Part shown: positions 61,835-64,000 of the stretch, piece by piece
Position numbering within the stretch: position 1 is the stretch's first letter
Layout: the number at the start of each line of letters is the position of its first letter
Assembly: GCF_964188315.1 (NCBI RefSeq)
Contig: NC_135666.1
Span: forward strand, 18,228,001 to 18,292,000
DNA length: 64,000 nt
Origin: Podarcis muralis
Taxonomy: Eukaryota
Reading direction: 5' to 3'
The notes under the pieces: model-generated
Database searches by the model: none
Seen by the model: the letters and a program-made list of their open reading frames with translations, nothing else
What the model was told of the DNA's origin: nothing
Position numbers and translations under genes: made by a program

Positions 61835-62424
61835 CTGGTAAGAGAATGAAAGAGAAAAAGAGAGCACAAACATCTGGAATCTAAGGCATGAATTTTTATG
61901 GATGAGCAATTTAAGACAAAGGGCATGAGAAAAAGCAATACCATGGATGCAGTGAGCAATGGCAGGGTTAGTTACAACTGAGACGACTTTTTCCTACAAA
62001 GCGCATGCCAACAGCAGACATTAATAGCAGAGGTCATGCACTGACACCAAAAACAAGACACACAAATAAGCTGACCACCACCACAAAAGGGGGGAGGGGA
62101 GACATCCAAATTGCAAATTACAGCAAATTTGTTTTGCTGTAACAGACACGAAATCAGTTGTTGGGAAGTTAACAAATTAAGCAAAACACTTCCACCCTTC
62201 CTTTATAAAAGCAGATGCTACATTGAAATTGCCTGCCTCAAATTCATATCCCAAACACTGGCAATAAGAGAAATGCATAAATATAACCTCTCACCACATC
62301 TACACCATATATAATTGTATAATATATGAAAATACTGAATATAGCATTTCATAAGCTATAGATCTTAAGGGGGAGAACTCTACAAAACACCCAATAATAT
62401 GCATTGCCAAAAGCCACCAGTGTG

Positions 62425-62600
62425 TGCCACCTCCGAGGGAGGTCCAGAGGGTGACAAAGACAGAACGGGCCTTCTCTGTCGTAGCCCCTTGTTTATGGAA
62501 TGCTCTCCCCGTGTTCATACAATTCTGTTATTTTATATTTTACTTGGTTGTAAATCGCTTCAGGACTTCTTCAGCGGGGAGCAATGCATAAATTCAATAA
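62425..62600 (+). mobile_element. L2-type fragment in a CREM intron
   Basis: gaacgggccttctctgtcgtagccccttgtttatggaatgctctccc (RAFSVVAP motif). Confidence 0.65.
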
Positions 62601-62890
62601 CCTAACCTCACTTTAACTTCCTATCTCCCCCTCAGGAACTATAAAGCAAAAGTAATCTAAGTTTTCCATGATCTCATAAGGAACTTCAGGAGGTTTGTTA
62701 CCATTTATATCCCCATAGCAAGTGAATAAATTGTGTTTCTTTTCTATTTGGATAGTTGGCAGGTTGGTGAACTTAGAAACCTGCACAGACTAGGCTGACT
62801 CTTGTCCCAAACAGCCACAGCCTGTTTCAAATCCGCTACCACATGAAGTGGTGGAAGTTTGGCTGTTCGGCCTTTGGAGTTGTTCTAAAG

Positions 62891-63028
62891 CAGCTTTTTT
62901 GAACTTGGGGTCCTCCAAATTTGTTGGACTACAACTCTCACGATCCCCAGCCAGCATGGCCATGCTTGCTAGAGCTGATGGGAGTTGTAGGCCAAACATC
63001 TGGGGAGGCACCAGATTGAGGAATCCTG
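62891..63028. mobile_element. Degenerate palindromic hAT-type MITE
   Basis: ggactacaactc...gggagttgtaggcc arms. Flanks ttctaaag / ctttaaag. Confidence 0.65.
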
Positions 63029-63288
63029 CTTTAAAGGCCACAAAGATTCAGTAATGCAACTGTATAGTATTCAACGGCACTTTAAGTGCCAGGGCAAAGG
63101 TCATCTGCAGTCAAGAGAGAAGGCACTGCTCTCTTCTCCCCAGTAAATTACGTGGGGAAACCCACTGGCCAATTTTATCTTTGGGAAAATGTTCCTTAGC
63201 AACTATACTGATTTACCACCCCGATCTTTCCTGTCATCATCTCTTGAAAGTAAATTCAACTCATTGCTTTTTCTTGAAATAGCAATAC

Positions 63289-63445
63289 CTATTTTTCATG
63301 AGCCTTAGCTCTCTTTTGCGCGTTGCTTCTTCTGCGAGCTGCTGTGGGCTATGCAACGTTCCTGGGGATGCTGCCATGACTACCCCTTGAGGTAAGGCTG
63401 TGGTTGGAGTTCGGATCTGGTAAGTTGGCATGTCACCTGTAGCAG
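63289..63445 (-). CDS. CREM: CREM exon H (157 nt; leads into the basic region)
   Basis: Acceptor ttttgttgcag|CT, then AATGDMPTYQIRTPTTALPQGVVMAASPGTLHSPQQLAEEATRKRELRLMKNR, donor AG|GTATTG. Confidence 0.96.
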
Positions 63446-63559
63446 CTGCAACAAAAGAAGAAAATGACACAAAAGAAATGTCACACAGCTCCATGATCTA
63501 AAACGTTGGTTAGCATGTTGGTTTCGAATACCAGGAAGAACTTAATTCACATTCTGTGA

Positions 63560-63880
63560 CCAGTTCCTTAGATTTGAGGAGGTTCTCCCATTGCGCCACC
63601 ACTGCGGTGTCACAGATAGGGCCTTCTCAGTTGTTGGCACCCCAGTTACGGAATGCCTTTCCCCAGGCACCAAAAGTTTTGAAATTTCAGCACCTGGCTA
63701 AGATCTGCTTTTTTGCCCAAGCAGCTTGGGGATATTAGTCTGCTGCTGAAGTTCATTTTGGTAGTTTTAACATGGTATTTTTACCTGATCTTTATTTACT
63801 TAATATGGATGTGGTGGTTGTATTATTTTAAAGTTATACAATCCACCCTGAGATCTGTGGATGATGGGCAGCCTAAAAAT
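63560..63880 (+). mobile_element. Old L2-type 3' fragment in a CREM intron
   Basis: gggccttctcagttgttggcacccc...ggaatgcc...gctttttgcccaagc...gatgggcagcct. Confidence 0.55.
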
Positions 63881-64000
63881 ATTCAAATAGATGAATTAAA
63901 TAAGATCCAGACGAGAATGTTCTCCATCTATTCAAGTGCAAACAGAACAAAAAGTGCATTGTTTACTGTAGAGAAAACCAGCAACACAGAAATGTTCAAA

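Overview
Vertebrate DNA, most likely from a lacertid lizard (inferred from Sauria SINEs, Bov-B and squamate CR1/L2/MITE families). Two genes lie on the minus strand in tandem. The 3' end of CREM has exon H (63289-63445), two alternative bZIP acceptor exons (60281-60425 and 59832-59976) and a 3'UTR. About 30 kb downstream is CCNY (cyclin Y): coding exon 1 (29787-29940) in a CpG island, then 29.8 kb of intron 1. I did not find CCNY exon 2 in the window. The rest is largely transposable-element sequence (Bov-B, CR1, L1, L2, Sauria and other tRNA-derived SINEs, hAT and Tc1/mariner MITEs), many with readable target-site duplications (TSDs). Best leads: (1) a 141-bp TSD-flanked Penelope-like element with an intact minimal hammerhead ribozyme core on the CCNY sense strand in intron 1, plus three truncated or decayed relatives; (2) a candidate third CREM exon between exon H and bZIP-I with a matching splice phase, a stop codon and AATAAA, predicting a zipper-less CREM; (3) a chain of upstream ORFs and an intronic poly(A) signal around CCNY exon 1; (4) locally templated inverted insertions at the 5' junctions of two unrelated LINEs. 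All matches were made by eye; no database searches were run.
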